A stretch of DNA of 64,000 nt from an uncultured SAR116 cluster alpha proteobacterium (GCA_902524215.1 CABZCK010000003.1:22247-86246); one strand, 5' to 3'; shown: positions 19,815-31,232, numbered from the stretch's first letter. The notes: a model not told the origin generated them from the letters alone. Numbers and translations: made by a program.

Positions 19815-21359
19815 ATTAGAAAAACAAGTAAACAAATTATAGAAGAATTACAAAATAGAAGAACCGAGGCTAGAGCTGGTGGGGGTGTTAATCGCGTAAA
19901 TAAGCAGCATGAAACTGGAAAATTAACAGCTCGAGAACGAATTGAAATTTTTTTAGATAAAGATACTTTTGAAGAAACTGATATGTTTGTTGTTCATACT
20001 ATTAAAGATTTTGGTATGGAAAACAATACTTTTTCAGGTGATGGTGTAGTCACAGGATCTGGAAAAGTTAACAATAGATTAATTTATATTTATGCCCAAG
20101 ACTTTACTGTTTTCGGTGGTTCTTTGTCATCAGCGCATGCTTCTAAAATTGTAAAAGTTATGAAATTAGCGATTCAAAATGGGGCACCATTGATAGGGTT
20201 GAATGATAGTGGTGGAGCAAGAATTCAAGAAGGTGTGGAATCATTAGGTGGATACGCAGATGTCTTTTTACAAAACGCGTTAGCATCGGGAGTTGTACCT
20301 CAGATTTCACTAATTATGGGACCTTGCGCTGGTGGAGCAGTCTACTCTCCAGCAATGACAGATTTTATTTTTATGGTCAAAAATACGAGTTATATGTTTG
20401 TGACTGGGCCAGATGTAGTCAAAACTGTTACCTCTGAAGAAGTAACAGCTGAAGAATTAGGGGGAGCGTTTACACATACAACAAAATCATCAGTTGCAGA
20501 TGGTTGTTTTGAAAACGATATTGACGCACTTTTGGAAATGAGAAGATTTTTGTCCTACTTACCTTCTTCAAATATTTCCAAAGCATCTACTCGGTATACA
20601 ATAGATAGTATTAGAAGACAGACTCCTTCCTTAGATACTCTTATTCCAGATAATCCAAATCTTCCTTATGATATGAAAGAATTAATAATCAGCATCGCTG
20701 ACGAAGGTATATATTTTGAGTTACAAAAAGATTATGCAAAAAATATTTTAATTGGATTTATCAGATTGAATGGTGAGACTATAGGTGTTGTGGCTAACCA
20801 ACCACTTGTATTAGCTGGTTGTTTAGATATTGACTCTAGTAGAAAGGCAGCAAGATTTGTTAGATTTTGTGATGCATTTAATATTCCTATACTCACTCTA
20901 GTAGATGTTCCTGGTTTTATGCCAGGCACAGCGCAAGAATATGGTGGAATTATTAAAAATGGAGCCAAATTATTATTTTCTTATGCAGAAGCAACTACTC
21001 CAAAAGTAACCTTAATCACAAGAAAAGCTTATGGTGGAGCTTATGATGTCATGAGTTCAAAACATTTAAGAGGTGATGCAAATTATGCTTGGCCTACTGC
21101 AGAAATTGCAGTCATGGGAGCAAAAGGTGCGGTAGAAATCCTATATAGGAAAAAAATTGATGACAAGAAGTTTATTGATGAAAAAACACAAGAATATGAA
21201 GATAAGTTTGCAAATCCTTTTATAGCAGCTGAAAGAGGGTTTCTAGATGATATAATAATACCTAAAAACACTAGATATAGAATTATTCAAGCTTTTTCAA
21301 AATTAAAAGATAAAAAATTAAAGAATCCAAATAAAAAGTTTGGAAATATACCTTTATAA
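19815..21359 (+). CDS. pccB: propionyl-CoA carboxylase beta (carboxyltransferase) subunit; proposed ATT start
   Basis: The ORF track starts at the ATG at 19983. The same frame is open upstream and encodes the conserved PccB N-terminus ([15 protein letters not shown]...[27 protein letters not shown]). The only plausible start is ATT at 19815, which lies 7 nt after AAAGGA. Confidence 0.85.
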   Translation: MRKTSKQIIEELQNRRTEARAGGGVNRVNKQHETGKLTARERIEIFLDKDTFEETDMFVVHTIKDFGMENNTFSGDGVVTGSGKVNNRLIYIYAQDFTVFGGSLSSAHASKIVKVMKLAIQNGAPLIGLNDSGGARIQEGVESLGGYADVFLQNALASGVVPQISLIMGPCAGGAVYSPAMTDFIFMVKNTSYMFVTGPDVVKTVTSEEVTAEELGGAFTHTTKSSVADGCFENDIDALLEMRRFLSYLPSSNISKASTRYTIDSIRRQTPSLDTLIPDNPNLPYDMKELIISIADEGIYFELQKDYAKNILIGFIRLNGETIGVVANQPLVLAGCLDIDSSRKAARFVRFCDAFNIPILTLVDVPGFMPGTAQEYGGIIKNGAKLLFSYAEATTPKVTLITRKAYGGAYDVMSSKHLRGDANYAWPTAEIAVMGAKGAVEILYRKKIDDKKFIDEKTQEYEDKFANPFIAAERGFLDDIIIPKNTRYRIIQAFSKLKDKKLKNPNKKFGNIPL

Positions 21360-21367
21360 GGACGTAA

Positions 21368-23407
21368 ATGATAAAAAAAATTTTAATTGCTAATAGGGGT
21401 GAAATAGCTTGTAGAATAATAAAAACGGCAAAGAAACTTAAAATTAAAACTGTTTCAATTTATTCAGTTTCGGACATTAATGCTGAACATGTACTTATGT
21501 CAGATGAGAGTTATTATTTAGGTCCATCAGAGGCTTTTAAGAGTTATTTAAATATACCAAAGATTATTGAAATTTGTAAAAAGGCTGAAGTTGACGCCGT
21601 CCATCCAGGGTATGGTTTTTTGTCAGAAAACCCTAATTTTGTAAAAGAGCTATCTGAGAATAAAATTATATTTATTGGTCCATCTGAAAACTCAATAATT
21701 TCAATGGGTGATAAAATCAAATCAAAAATGATTGCTGAAAAAGCAAATGTAAATGTTGTTCCAGGATTTATCGGTGAGATAAATAACGTAAATCATGCTA
21801 AAGAAATCGCTAAAAAAATTGGCTTTCCAGTGATTGTAAAAGCTAGTGCTGGTGGCGGTGGAAAAGGAATGAGAATTGTTAAAAGTGAAGAAGATGTTGA
21901 AGAAGCTTTTTTGAGAGCTTCGAGTGAAGCTAAAAATAGTTTTGGAGATGAAAGGTTATTTGTAGAAAAATATTTGGTCGAGCCTAGGCATATAGAAATA
22001 CAGATAATTGCAGATAATTACGGAAATGTCGTTTCACTTGGAGAGAGAGAATGCTCAATTCAAAGAAGAAATCAAAAAGTGATAGAGGAGGCTCCATCTT
22101 CTTTTTTAGATGAAACGCTGAGAAGAGATATGTCAACGCAAGCCATTATGCTTGCTGAAGAAGTAGAATATTCAAGCGCGGGTACTGTTGAATTTATAGT
22201 TGATAAAGATAAAAATTTTTATTTTTTAGAAATGAATACAAGACTTCAAGTTGAACATCCTGTTACAGAAATGATAACAGGACTTGATTTAGTACATGAA
22301 ATGATCAATGTAGCAAATAATAAAAAATTATCATTCTCTCAAAAAGACATAAAGTTGAATGGTTGGGCTTTTGAAAGTCGTATATATGCAGAAGATCCCT
22401 ATAAAGGTTTTTTACCTTCAACGGGCAGATTGACAAAGTATAGTCCTCCATTTGAGGATAAATCTATGGATTACGAAATAAGAAATGATACTGGCGTAAA
22501 AGAAGGTGATGAGATATCTATTTTTTATGATCCTATGATTGCTAAATTATCAACTTGGGGAAAAGATAGAAAAAGTGCAATTAAATCTATGGAAAAAGCA
22601 CTGGATGAATTTTGTATTAGTGGATTGAAAAATAATTTATCTTTTCTCTCATCAATATATTTAAATCCTAAATTTGTTGATGGTGACATATCAACTGCTT
22701 TTATTGAAAAAGAATTTAAAAATGGATTTAAAGGTCTTCCAATAAAGCAATATAAGAGTTTATTTGAAATAATTATTCTCACTTTAAGCGCAGAAAATGA
22801 TATCAGAGATCTAAATCTTAAAAAATTTGATAAAAGAACATCTGTGGAGCTGTTTGATTTTTTTGATAACAAAAAATATGTATCAGATGAATTCATTGTA
22901 AGATTAGATAACAAAATGTTTGAAATAAGCAAATCAGACGGAAATTTATACTTACTTGATAAAATGTATAATAAATTAAGAGTACATCATCAAATAGATT
23001 TTCATACAAATTTAATAAACATTAATATTTATGAAGATAATCAAATATTATTAAGTACTTTTTTAAAATTAAATTATTGCTTTCCTTATTTTCAGATTGA
23101 TTTTAGAGGATCAGCAGTAAAAGGTATTACGAGAGATTCAGTTAATCTAGAATTATCTAAATTTATGAAAAAAGTTGACGATAAAGAAAATAAAAATAGT
23201 TTAATTTGCCCAATGCCTGGAAAGTTAATTGAATTATTTGTAAAAGTTGGAGATAAAATTGAGATCGGACAAAACTTGTGCATAGTTGAAGCAATGAAAA
23301 TGGAAAATACGTTGGCGTCTTCTTTAAAAGGACATGTAAAAAAAATTAACTTTAAAGTTAACGATCTTTTGAAAGTTGATGATATAGTTATTGAATTTCA
23401 GGTATGA
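21368..23407 (+). CDS. pccA: propionyl-CoA carboxylase alpha subunit (biotin carboxylase + BT + BCCP domains)
   Basis: 679 aa. Motifs are [10 protein letters not shown], an ATP-grasp [10 protein letters not shown], and a C-terminal biotinylation motif EAMKME (Lys codon at 23297-23299). Confidence 0.95.
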   Translation: MIKKILIANRGEIACRIIKTAKKLKIKTVSIYSVSDINAEHVLMSDESYYLGPSEAFKSYLNIPKIIEICKKAEVDAVHPGYGFLSENPNFVKELSENKIIFIGPSENSIISMGDKIKSKMIAEKANVNVVPGFIGEINNVNHAKEIAKKIGFPVIVKASAGGGGKGMRIVKSEEDVEEAFLRASSEAKNSFGDERLFVEKYLVEPRHIEIQIIADNYGNVVSLGERECSIQRRNQKVIEEAPSSFLDETLRRDMSTQAIMLAEEVEYSSAGTVEFIVDKDKNFYFLEMNTRLQVEHPVTEMITGLDLVHEMINVANNKKLSFSQKDIKLNGWAFESRIYAEDPYKGFLPSTGRLTKYSPPFEDKSMDYEIRNDTGVKEGDEISIFYDPMIAKLSTWGKDRKSAIKSMEKALDEFCISGLKNNLSFLSSIYLNPKFVDGDISTAFIEKEFKNGFKGLPIKQYKSLFEIIILTLSAENDIRDLNLKKFDKRTSVELFDFFDNKKYVSDEFIVRLDNKMFEISKSDGNLYLLDKMYNKLRVHHQIDFHTNLININIYEDNQILLSTFLKLNYCFPYFQIDFRGSAVKGITRDSVNLELSKFMKKVDDKENKNSLICPMPGKLIELFVKVGDKIEIGQNLCIVEAMKMENTLASSLKGHVKKINFKVNDLLKVDDIVIEFQV

Positions 23408-23417
23408 TTATCAAACT

Positions 23418-25592
23418 ATGAGTAAGAAATATAATATTTTTGATTGGGAAAAAATTGCTTTAGACGAACTAAAAGGAATAAAAACAGATCGATTAATTAA
23501 AGAAACTCCTGAGGGCATTAAAGTTAAACCATTATACACTAAAGATGATTTAGAAGATTTAAATCATATGAATTCTTTACCTGGTATTGAACCATTTGTA
23601 AGAGGCCCTAAGGCAACAATGTATACTTCTAGACCTTGGACTGTAAGACAATATTCAGGTTTCTCTACAGCTAAAGAATCAAATGAATTTTACAAAAAAA
23701 ACATTGCAGCTGGACAAAAGGGGTTGTCTATTGCTTTTGATTTAGCAACTCATAGAGGCTACGATTCAGACAATGAAAGAGTTAGTGCTGATGTTGGTAA
23801 GGCTGGTGTAGCTATCGATACTGTTGAAGATATGAAAATTCTTTTTGATGGAATACCTCTTGATAAAATGTCTGTATCTATGACCATGAATGGAGCTGTC
23901 TTACCTGTGCTCGCAAGTTTTATAGTTGCTGGTGAAGAACAAGGTGTTCCTATTGAACAATTAAGTGGAACAATTCAAAATGATATTTTAAAAGAATTTA
24001 TGGTTAGGAATACTTATATCTATCCTCCTGAACCTTCAATGAGAATCGTATCAGATATAATTTCTTACACAACTGAAAAAATGCCAAAATTCAATTCAAT
24101 TTCTATCTCTGGTTATCACATGCAAGAAGCTGGAGCTAATTTAGTCCAAGAATTGGCTTTTACAATATCTGATGGTTTGGAATATATCAGAGCTGCAGTG
24201 GATAGAGGTTTGAATGTAGATAAATTTGCTCCTAGGCTATCTTTCTTTTTTGCTATTGGCATGAATTTTTTTATGGAAGCTTCAAAATTAAGAGCTGCTA
24301 GATATTTATGGTCTTATTGGGTAAAAAAAATATTTAATAATCAAAACCCTAAATCACAAATTTTAAGAACGCACTGTCAAACATCTGGAGCAAGTCTTCA
24401 AGAACAAGATCCTTATAATAATATTGTCAGAACAACGATCGAAGCCTTAGCAGGTGTTCTAGGAGGAACTCAATCTTTGCATACAAACTCATTTGATGAG
24501 GCGATAGCATTACCTACTGAATTTTCAGCAAAAATCGCTAGAAATACACAATTAATTCTTCAAAATGAAACAGGGGTAACTGATGTAGTCGATCCTTTGG
24601 CAGGAAGCTATTATGTTGAGAATTTAACAAATGAGTTAATTCAGAATGCAAATAAAATTATTGAGAAAATTAATGATATGGGTGGAATGACAAAGGCCAT
24701 TGAAAGTGGTTTCCCAAAATCAGAAATAGAAAAATCAGCAACTGAGAAACAGGCAAGAATAGATTCTAAAGCAGAAATTATTGTTGGTGTAAATAAATTT
24801 AAATCAGATAATTTAGATGAAGTTAATATTCTAGATATTGATAACAATCAAGTTAGAAAAGAACAGATTGAAAAATTAGGTAAGATCAAATCTGAAAGAG
24901 ATAATAACCTTGTAAATCAGTCTTTAAAAAGAATTACTAATGCAGCTAAAAATAAAAGTGAAAATCTGCTTTCATTATTTGTTGAAGCTATGAGAAATAG
25001 AGCAACAGTAGGTGAAACATCTTTTGCACTAGAAAAAGTATATACTCGCTATGAAACGAAACAATCTATAGTTACTGAAGTTTATGCAGATACTTTTGAT
25101 GATCAAAATGAACTAGAAAAAATTAAAATTTCTTTAGATAAATTTAAGCAGATAGATAATGAAACTATAACTATATACATGGCCAAGTTAGGACAAGATG
25201 GACATGACAGAGGAGCTAAAGTTATTTCATCTGCTTTTTCTGATTTTGGAATAAATGTTGAAGTAGGCAATTTATTTCAATCTCCTGCTGAGGCAGTAGA
25301 AGAAGCCCTAAAAAAAAATGCCCATGTGATTGGTGTTTCATCTCTGGCAGCAGGCCATAAAACTCTAATTCCTGATTTAATCAAAGAATTAAAAAAGAGG
25401 AAGGCAGACGATATTCTAGTTTTTTGTGGAGGTGTAATACCTAAAAAAGATTATCAATTTCTTTATGATGCTGGAGTGTCTGAGATTTTTGGACCAGGGT
25501 CCTCAGTAGTTGATGCAGCTCATAAGGTGATTGAAAATACAACTAATCATTTAAAAAGAATGCATAATTATAGAAAATCTAGGATTGTTTAG
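23418..25592 (+). CDS. mcm: methylmalonyl-CoA mutase, single-chain B12-dependent
   Basis: About 724 aa from the ATG at 23418 (a TTG at 23391 would overlap pccA). It contains [11 protein letters not shown], an (ab)8 substrate domain, and a C-terminal cobalamin-binding DxHxxG (DGHDRG, 25197-25214). Confidence 0.95.
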   Translation: MSKKYNIFDWEKIALDELKGIKTDRLIKETPEGIKVKPLYTKDDLEDLNHMNSLPGIEPFVRGPKATMYTSRPWTVRQYSGFSTAKESNEFYKKNIAAGQKGLSIAFDLATHRGYDSDNERVSADVGKAGVAIDTVEDMKILFDGIPLDKMSVSMTMNGAVLPVLASFIVAGEEQGVPIEQLSGTIQNDILKEFMVRNTYIYPPEPSMRIVSDIISYTTEKMPKFNSISISGYHMQEAGANLVQELAFTISDGLEYIRAAVDRGLNVDKFAPRLSFFFAIGMNFFMEASKLRAARYLWSYWVKKIFNNQNPKSQILRTHCQTSGASLQEQDPYNNIVRTTIEALAGVLGGTQSLHTNSFDEAIALPTEFSAKIARNTQLILQNETGVTDVVDPLAGSYYVENLTNELIQNANKIIEKINDMGGMTKAIESGFPKSEIEKSATEKQARIDSKAEIIVGVNKFKSDNLDEVNILDIDNNQVRKEQIEKLGKIKSERDNNLVNQSLKRITNAAKNKSENLLSLFVEAMRNRATVGETSFALEKVYTRYETKQSIVTEVYADTFDDQNELEKIKISLDKFKQIDNETITIYMAKLGQDGHDRGAKVISSAFSDFGINVEVGNLFQSPAEAVEEALKKNAHVIGVSSLAAGHKTLIPDLIKELKKRKADDILVFCGGVIPKKDYQFLYDAGVSEIFGPGSSVVDAAHKVIENTTNHLKRMHNYRKSRIV

Positions 25593-25594
25593 AA

Positions 25595-27481
25595 ATGAGA
25601 TATTCGGAAATTTATAAAGGATGGAGAGATAATCCATTAGAATTTTGGAAAAAAAATGCTGAAGATGTTTCCTGGATTAAATTTCCTGAAAAAATTTTAA
25701 AAAAGAAAAGTGACTATTTTTATGAATGGTTCTCAGATGGTATTTTGAACACTTGTTACAATGCTTTAGATAAAAATATTTTAGAAGGAAGAGGAGATCA
25801 GGTTGCTATTTATTATGATAGCCCAATAACTAATTCAAAATCAAAACTAACCTTTAATGAATTAAAGTCCAAAGTTGAAAAATTTTCCGGTGCTTTAAAG
25901 AAATATAATATATCTAAAGGTGATAGAGTTATAGTTTATATGCCTATGATACCTGAAGCTATTATAGCTGTTTTAGCAATAGCTAGAATAGGAGCTGTGC
26001 ATTCTGTTGTTTTTGGAGGATTTGCAGCCAAAGAACTAGCAGTAAGAATTGATGATTGTTCACCTAAACTTATTATTTCTGCTTCTTGCGGTATTGAGCC
26101 AGGCAGAATTGTTGAGTACAAACCTCTATTGGATGAGGCATTAAAATTGTCAAATCATAAAGTAAAAAACTGTATAATTTTTCAACGAGAACAATTAACA
26201 GTAAAATTAAATGCAGGTTTAGATGTTTCTTGGGATGAGGCAATTAAAGATATTAAGCCTGTTGATATAGTTCCAGTAAATGGTAATGACCCATTATATA
26301 TCTTATATACTTCTGGTACCACAGGACAACCTAAAGGTGTAGTAAGAGATAATGCAGGTCATCTCGTTTCATTAAAATGGTCTATGAAAAATGTTTATAA
26401 TATGAATCCAGGAGAAGTATTCTGGGCAGCTTCAGATATTGGCTGGGTTGTAGGACATTCCTATATCATATATGCGCCATTATTTCATGGGTGTTCAACG
26501 GTTTTATTTGAAGGGAAACCTGTTGGAACTCCAAACGCAGGCACTTTTTGGAGGATTATTAGTGAATATAATGTTAAGTCATTTTTTACTGCTCCTACTG
26601 CTTTAAGAGCTGTAAAAAAGGAAGATAATGAAGGTAAATATATTGATAAAGAAAAACTTAAATCATTAGAGACTTTATTTTTAGCAGGAGAAAGAGCTGA
26701 TCCAGATACTGTGCTGTGGTTAGAAAATAAATTAAATATACCAATAGTTGATCATTGGTGGCAAACAGAGACAGGTTGGCCTATTGCTGCAAATCCAACA
26801 GGTATTGAATTGCTACCAATTAAAAAAGGTTCTCCAACAGTTTCTTTGCCAGGGTATGAGATTCATATTTTAGATGATAATGGTAATAAATTATCATCCA
26901 GTGAGTTAGGGTCAATATGCATAAAATTACCCCTCCCACCATCTTGTCTTCCAACTCTGTGGGCTGCTGATGACAGGTTTATAGAAGCATATTTATCTAA
27001 ATTTCCAGGATATTACGAAACAGGTGATGCAGGTTATATTGACGATGATGGTTATATTTTTGTTATGTCAAGAACAGATGATGTAATAAATACAGCAGGT
27101 CACAGGCTATCGACTGGTGCAATGGAAGAAGTTATTTCTAACCATTCAGACGTTGCTGAGTGCGCTGTTGTTGGCGTTAAAGATGAATTAAAAGGAGAAG
27201 TGCCAGTAGGATTGGCTTGTTTGAATGCTGGTTGTAACAGAGAACATTCTAAAATTTGTAATGAAATTATTGATTTGATTAGAAAAGAAATCGGCCCTGT
27301 AGCTTCTTTTAAAAAAGTAGCTATTGTTCAAGCTCTTCCAAAAACAAGATCTGGTAAAATACTAAGAAAAACAATTAGAAGTATAATTAATAAGGAACAA
27401 TGGACCATGCCACCAACAGTCGAAAATCCTAATGTGTTTGATGATTGTAAAATTGCTTTGAAGCATTTTAAAATAATTTAA
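25595..27481 (+). CDS. prpE: propionate--CoA ligase / short-chain acyl-CoA synthetase
   Basis: 628 aa, Acs-like, with YTSGTTGQPKG, WWQTETGW and [11 protein letters not shown]. It is the last gene of the pcc-mcm operon, 2 nt after mcm. Confidence 0.8.
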   Translation: MRYSEIYKGWRDNPLEFWKKNAEDVSWIKFPEKILKKKSDYFYEWFSDGILNTCYNALDKNILEGRGDQVAIYYDSPITNSKSKLTFNELKSKVEKFSGALKKYNISKGDRVIVYMPMIPEAIIAVLAIARIGAVHSVVFGGFAAKELAVRIDDCSPKLIISASCGIEPGRIVEYKPLLDEALKLSNHKVKNCIIFQREQLTVKLNAGLDVSWDEAIKDIKPVDIVPVNGNDPLYILYTSGTTGQPKGVVRDNAGHLVSLKWSMKNVYNMNPGEVFWAASDIGWVVGHSYIIYAPLFHGCSTVLFEGKPVGTPNAGTFWRIISEYNVKSFFTAPTALRAVKKEDNEGKYIDKEKLKSLETLFLAGERADPDTVLWLENKLNIPIVDHWWQTETGWPIAANPTGIELLPIKKGSPTVSLPGYEIHILDDNGNKLSSSELGSICIKLPLPPSCLPTLWAADDRFIEAYLSKFPGYYETGDAGYIDDDGYIFVMSRTDDVINTAGHRLSTGAMEEVISNHSDVAECAVVGVKDELKGEVPVGLACLNAGCNREHSKICNEIIDLIRKEIGPVASFKKVAIVQALPKTRSGKILRKTIRSIINKEQWTMPPTVENPNVFDDCKIALKHFKII

Positions 27482-28485
27482 ATTTTTAGAACAAATTTAC
27501 CAAAATGATCACCTTTTTCTAGAGCTTTATGCGCAAATGAAACTTTTGATAAACCGAAACATTTTTGAATTATTGGCACTACTTGTCTTTTTTCTAAAAA
27601 AGGCCATACATGTTTAATTAAACTTCTAACATATGAAGCTTTAATTTTATCTTCTTGCGGTCTCAGAGTTGATCCTGTAATAGTATATCTTTTTCTCATT
27701 AGATATCCAAAATTCAACCTTCCTTTTACCCCCCCTTGTACGGCGATTATCACTAACCTACCATCTTCTGATAGACATTTTAAATTTTTTTCTACATAGT
27801 CTCCAGCGACCATGTCCAATATCAAGTTAACGCCTTTTTCTTTTGTTAACAAATTTATTTTTTTTTCGAAATTTCCTTTTTTATAATTAATACATTCAAT
27901 AGCACCAAGTTTTTTTACTGCGGCACATTTTTTTGAAGAACCTGCTGTTGCATAAACGTTAGCTCCAAAAATTTTAGCAAGTTGTATCGCTGTTGTACCA
28001 ATACCACTAGCACCTCCATGAATTAAAATGCTTTCATTTTTTTTTAGACCGCCTCTCAAAAATACATTACTCCAGACCGTAATAAAAGTTTCAGGTATAC
28101 ATGCTGCTTCTTCTAGGCTTATTTTTTTTGGTATGGGCATACAATGATCTTGATTAACAGCAACATACTCAGCATAACCTCCACCATGACATAAAGCACA
28201 AATTTTCGAGCCTACCGGATATTTAGTAGCAGATTTTTCTCTGTCTACAACTATACCAGAAACCTCAAGACCAGGAATGTCACTAGCTGTTTTTGGAACA
28301 GGATAATTTCCTTCTCTTTGAAGAATATCAGGCCTATTAACTCCTGCATAATGGACCTTTATAAGTATTTCACCTTTTTTTAACTTAGGGATATTTCTAA
28401 GTTTTAATTTCAAATTCTCAGGACCACCAAACTTTACAATTTCAATAGCTTTCATTATGTCACTTGGTTTTTTTAATTTATTCAA
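27478..28485 (-). CDS. NAD(P)H:quinone oxidoreductase, medium-chain reductase (PIG3/Qor type)
   Basis: 335 aa with AGVNRPDILQREGNYP and a Rossmann motif GGASGIGTTAIQ. No structural-zinc Cys cluster is present. An internal Met (MKAIEI, 28455) is an alternative start. Confidence 0.8.
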   Translation of the reverse strand: MNKLKKPSDIMKAIEIVKFGGPENLKLKLRNIPKLKKGEILIKVHYAGVNRPDILQREGNYPVPKTASDIPGLEVSGIVVDREKSATKYPVGSKICALCHGGGYAEYVAVNQDHCMPIPKKISLEEAACIPETFITVWSNVFLRGGLKKNESILIHGGASGIGTTAIQLAKIFGANVYATAGSSKKCAAVKKLGAIECINYKKGNFEKKINLLTKEKGVNLILDMVAGDYVEKNLKCLSEDGRLVIIAVQGGVKGRLNFGYLMRKRYTITGSTLRPQEDKIKASYVRSLIKHVWPFLEKRQVVPIIQKCFGLSKVSFAHKALEKGDHFGKFVLKI

Positions 28486-28642
28486 TTTTATCTCTTTATA
28501 AATTATTAAAAATTATCATTAATTTTAAAAGACTAATTCATTTTAAAATTAATAGTCAAAAAAATGCCTGATTTAATCAAATTATAGTCATTTTAATATA
28601 TGATATTAACACTATATCAAAAAGAATTAAAAGGAGATTTAA

Positions 28643-28873
28643 ATGGAAGCAGGTATTTTTTTATTATATTCATTGTTTGCGATAAATGATACAGATATAA
28701 AAAATTTTCTAATTGAAGCAAATAAACATAATACTATTGAATATCAATTTGTAAGAGCTACGCCATGTAAAACTGGTATGTATAAAGATAGCTACGTACT
28801 AGCGCCAACTGGTAAAATTCTACTTAAACAAAAATCAGATGATGGTTCTGTTGGGAAAATTTGTAATAACTAA
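28643..28873 (+). CDS. hypothetical small protein (76 aa)
   Basis: The ATG is preceded by AAGGAG (28631-28636) with a 6-nt spacer. It is the only plus-strand ORF between two minus-strand genes. I recognise no family. Confidence 0.45.
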   Translation: MEAGIFLLYSLFAINDTDIKNFLIEANKHNTIEYQFVRATPCKTGMYKDSYVLAPTGKILLKQKSDDGSVGKICNN

Positions 28874-28878
28874 TAAAT

Positions 28879-30084
28879 TTATTTTTGTTTAATTTTATTC
28901 ATCATAAGTCTGAGGGCATTTAATTTTATAAAGCCTTCAGCGTCATGATGGTTATAATTAAACGAACCTTCTTCAAAGGTTACTAAGTCAGCATCATAAA
29001 GAGAATTTACAGATTTTCTTCCCGTAATTATTACGTTTCCCTTATATAATTTTGCTTTTACTACTCCATTAACATTTTTTTGGCTTTCATCAATTGCTTT
29101 TTGAAGCATCTGTCTTTCTGGAGAAAACCAAAAACCATTATAAATCAATTCAGCATATTTAGGCATTAACTCATCTTTAAGATGAGCTGCACCTTTATCT
29201 AGAGTAATTGATTCCATTGCTCTTCTCATATGAAATAAAATAGTACCTCCTGGGGTTTCGTAAATACCTCTAGATTTCATTCCAACAAAACGGTTTTCTA
29301 CAATATCGATTCGTCCTATACCATTTTCACCACCTAAAATATTTAATTGATGAAGCATTTCAGCAGGCGATAATTTTTTTCCATTTAATTCTACAGGGTC
29401 TCCTTTATCAAATCTAAGCTTGATTTCATAGACTTCATCTTTTGCATCTATAGGTGACTTAGTGCGTGAAAATACTAATTCACTTGGTTCTATCCATGGG
29501 TCCTCTAAAATTTTTCCTTCAGCTGAGATATGTAATAAATTAGCGTCAATACTAAATGGAGCCTCACCTCTTTTGTCCTTTGAAACTACAATTTGATTTT
29601 TTTCAGCATATTCTATTAATTTAGTTCTACTTGAAAGATCCCACTCTCTCCAAGGTGCAATAATTTTAATATTTGGGTTTAAACTTAAGTAAGTGAGCTC
29701 AAATCTTACTTGGTCATTACCTTTTCCGGTTGCGCCATGAGATACAGCCTCAGCGTTGACTTCTTTGGCAATTTCAATTTGTCGTTTTGCAATTAGAGGT
29801 CTTGCAATAGATGTTCCTAATAAGTAAACGCCTTCGTATAAAGCATTGGCTCTGAACATTGGAAAAACATAATTTTTAACAAAATCTTCTTTAAGATTTT
29901 CTATGAAAATTTGTTTAACACCATGTTGTTTTGCCTTCTGTCTTGCAGGTTCAACTTCTTCACCCTGCCCAATATCAGCTGTAAAAGTAATTACTTCACA
30001 ATTATATTTTTCTTTTAGCCATTTTAATATTACAGAAGTATCTAATCCTCCTGAATAAGCTAGTACGACTTTTTTAATATCCAT
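28879..30084 (-). CDS. argG: argininosuccinate synthase
   Basis: 401 aa. [24 protein letters not shown] and the overall type I length match. Confidence 0.95.
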   Translation of the reverse strand: MDIKKVVLAYSGGLDTSVILKWLKEKYNCEVITFTADIGQGEEVEPARQKAKQHGVKQIFIENLKEDFVKNYVFPMFRANALYEGVYLLGTSIARPLIAKRQIEIAKEVNAEAVSHGATGKGNDQVRFELTYLSLNPNIKIIAPWREWDLSSRTKLIEYAEKNQIVVSKDKRGEAPFSIDANLLHISAEGKILEDPWIEPSELVFSRTKSPIDAKDEVYEIKLRFDKGDPVELNGKKLSPAEMLHQLNILGGENGIGRIDIVENRFVGMKSRGIYETPGGTILFHMRRAMESITLDKGAAHLKDELMPKYAELIYNGFWFSPERQMLQKAIDESQKNVNGVVKAKLYKGNVIITGRKSVNSLYDADLVTFEEGSFNYNHHDAEGFIKLNALRLMMNKIKQK

Positions 30085-30094
30085 AATTATATCT

Positions 30095-30742
30095 TTAGTT
30101 GATAAGAACTAAATTATAAAGTTTTTTTATAAATGAAAAATTAAAATTATCAAAAAATCCCAAAATTATAAGTGTTTGTCCAAGTAAAAAATGTTCTGCT
30201 ATTACCACTAACAAGGATTTATTTTGCATATAATTAAACGTGAATAATAAGTTACCAAAAAATGAAAATAATAATATGGAGATATCAAAATAAATTATAT
30301 GGCAGAAGCAAAATACTAAAGAGTTTAGAAAAAGTATTTCATTCTTATTAAAATAGTATTCATATCTATGAAAGAATAAAAACCGAAAAATTAATTCTTG
30401 TGGCACAACTGAAAAAAACAAGTAAAACAATATTAAGATAGAGATTAAAAAATATTTTTCAAAATCCAGTTCATTAGTAAAAAAATCTTTTCCAAAAAAT
30501 ATAATCAATGAAGCGACTAAAAAAAAATCAAAAAGAATAAAATATAAGAAGGATTTTGTTTTTTTGGGAAAAATGATTTCTTTAATCTTATTTTTAAAGC
30601 GAAAAATTATCAATATGCTTGTTACTAGAAGCATAATGATAATAAAAGGTTGAAGTCGTAATAATATAATTAAAATGAAGAACAAAAATGTAATCAAAAA
30701 TATTTCTATTAATTTTTGTTTTTTTCTGTTCATTTTATTCAT
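30095..30742 (-). CDS. CPBP-family intramembrane metalloprotease (CAAX/Abi type)
   Basis: 215 aa, polytopic. It has a [11 protein letters not shown] (EExxxR-like) motif, FCFCH (FxxxH) and a distal EH..G motif. Confidence 0.65.
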   Translation of the reverse strand: MNKMNRKKQKLIEIFLITFLFFILIILLRLQPFIIIMLLVTSILIIFRFKNKIKEIIFPKKTKSFLYFILFDFFLVASLIIFFGKDFFTNELDFEKYFLISILILFYLFFSVVPQELIFRFLFFHRYEYYFNKNEILFLNSLVFCFCHIIYFDISILLFSFFGNLLFTFNYMQNKSLLVVIAEHFLLGQTLIILGFFDNFNFSFIKKLYNLVLIN

Positions 30743-30764
30743 TTGTCAATATTAGTACATTTAG

Positions 30765-31232
30765 ATGAATAATTTAAAGCACACAAAAATTAAATATATT
30801 TCTATTACGATTGGTCTGCTTGGCCTTATACCTTATGGACTTCCAATAATGGAAAAAAATGGTTTAGTAGATTTTTTTGAAATTAAAACTATAGATCTCA
30901 CTATTTGGTATGGAATAACTATATTGTGTTTCTTAAGTGGTGTTTACTGGGGCTTATCAATTAATATCCATATTAAAAATAATTCAAAATTAAATTATCT
31001 ATTGCCAGCATTGTCAATTATTCCTTTTATGTTTGCTATCACAGCGGTAATAGTTTCAAATTATTTAAATATTATATTTCTTGTTGTAGGTTTTTTAATT
31101 TGTCAAATCTTAGATGAGATATTATTTCAATATAAAGTCTATTTAAATTGGTATATTCTATTAAGAAGATTTTTGACTGTAGTGGTTGTAACATTGATGA
31201 TTTATTATTATATTAATCTCAGTGATGTTTAA
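30765..31232 (+). CDS. DUF3429-like membrane protein
   Basis: 155 aa with four hydrophobic helices. WYGITILCFLSGVYWG resembles the DUF3429 signature (YGA.ILSFLGG.HWG). Confidence 0.5.
   Translation: MNNLKHTKIKYISITIGLLGLIPYGLPIMEKNGLVDFFEIKTIDLTIWYGITILCFLSGVYWGLSINIHIKNNSKLNYLLPALSIIPFMFAITAVIVSNYLNIIFLVVGFLICQILDEILFQYKVYLNWYILLRRFLTVVVVTLMIYYYINLSDV

Noticed and set aside
22525-22932. 135-aa antisense ORF inside pccA; similar cases at 13800-14129, 36581-36997, 40738-41112, 8976-9272 and 7074-7406
   Set aside because: All are embedded in confidently identified genes (pccA, argD, pckA, the RND permease, acs, CoA-transferase B) and have no recognisable motifs or ribosome-binding sites. They are shadow ORFs.
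23391-23417. TTG start for mcm overlapping the end of pccA by 17 nt
   Set aside because: An in-frame ATG at 23418 gives [12 protein letters not shown], removes the overlap and leaves a 10-nt spacer. The upstream extension (MNFRYDYQT) is not family-like. The ATG is preferred, though this is unproven.
27478-28485. Calling the MDR reductase next to prpE an acryloyl-CoA reductase (AcuI)
   Set aside because: Its motifs (GVNRPDILQREGNYP) resemble the PIG3/Qor quinone reductase subgroup rather than YhdH/AcuI. It is kept only as a speculative note in the propionate-module finding.
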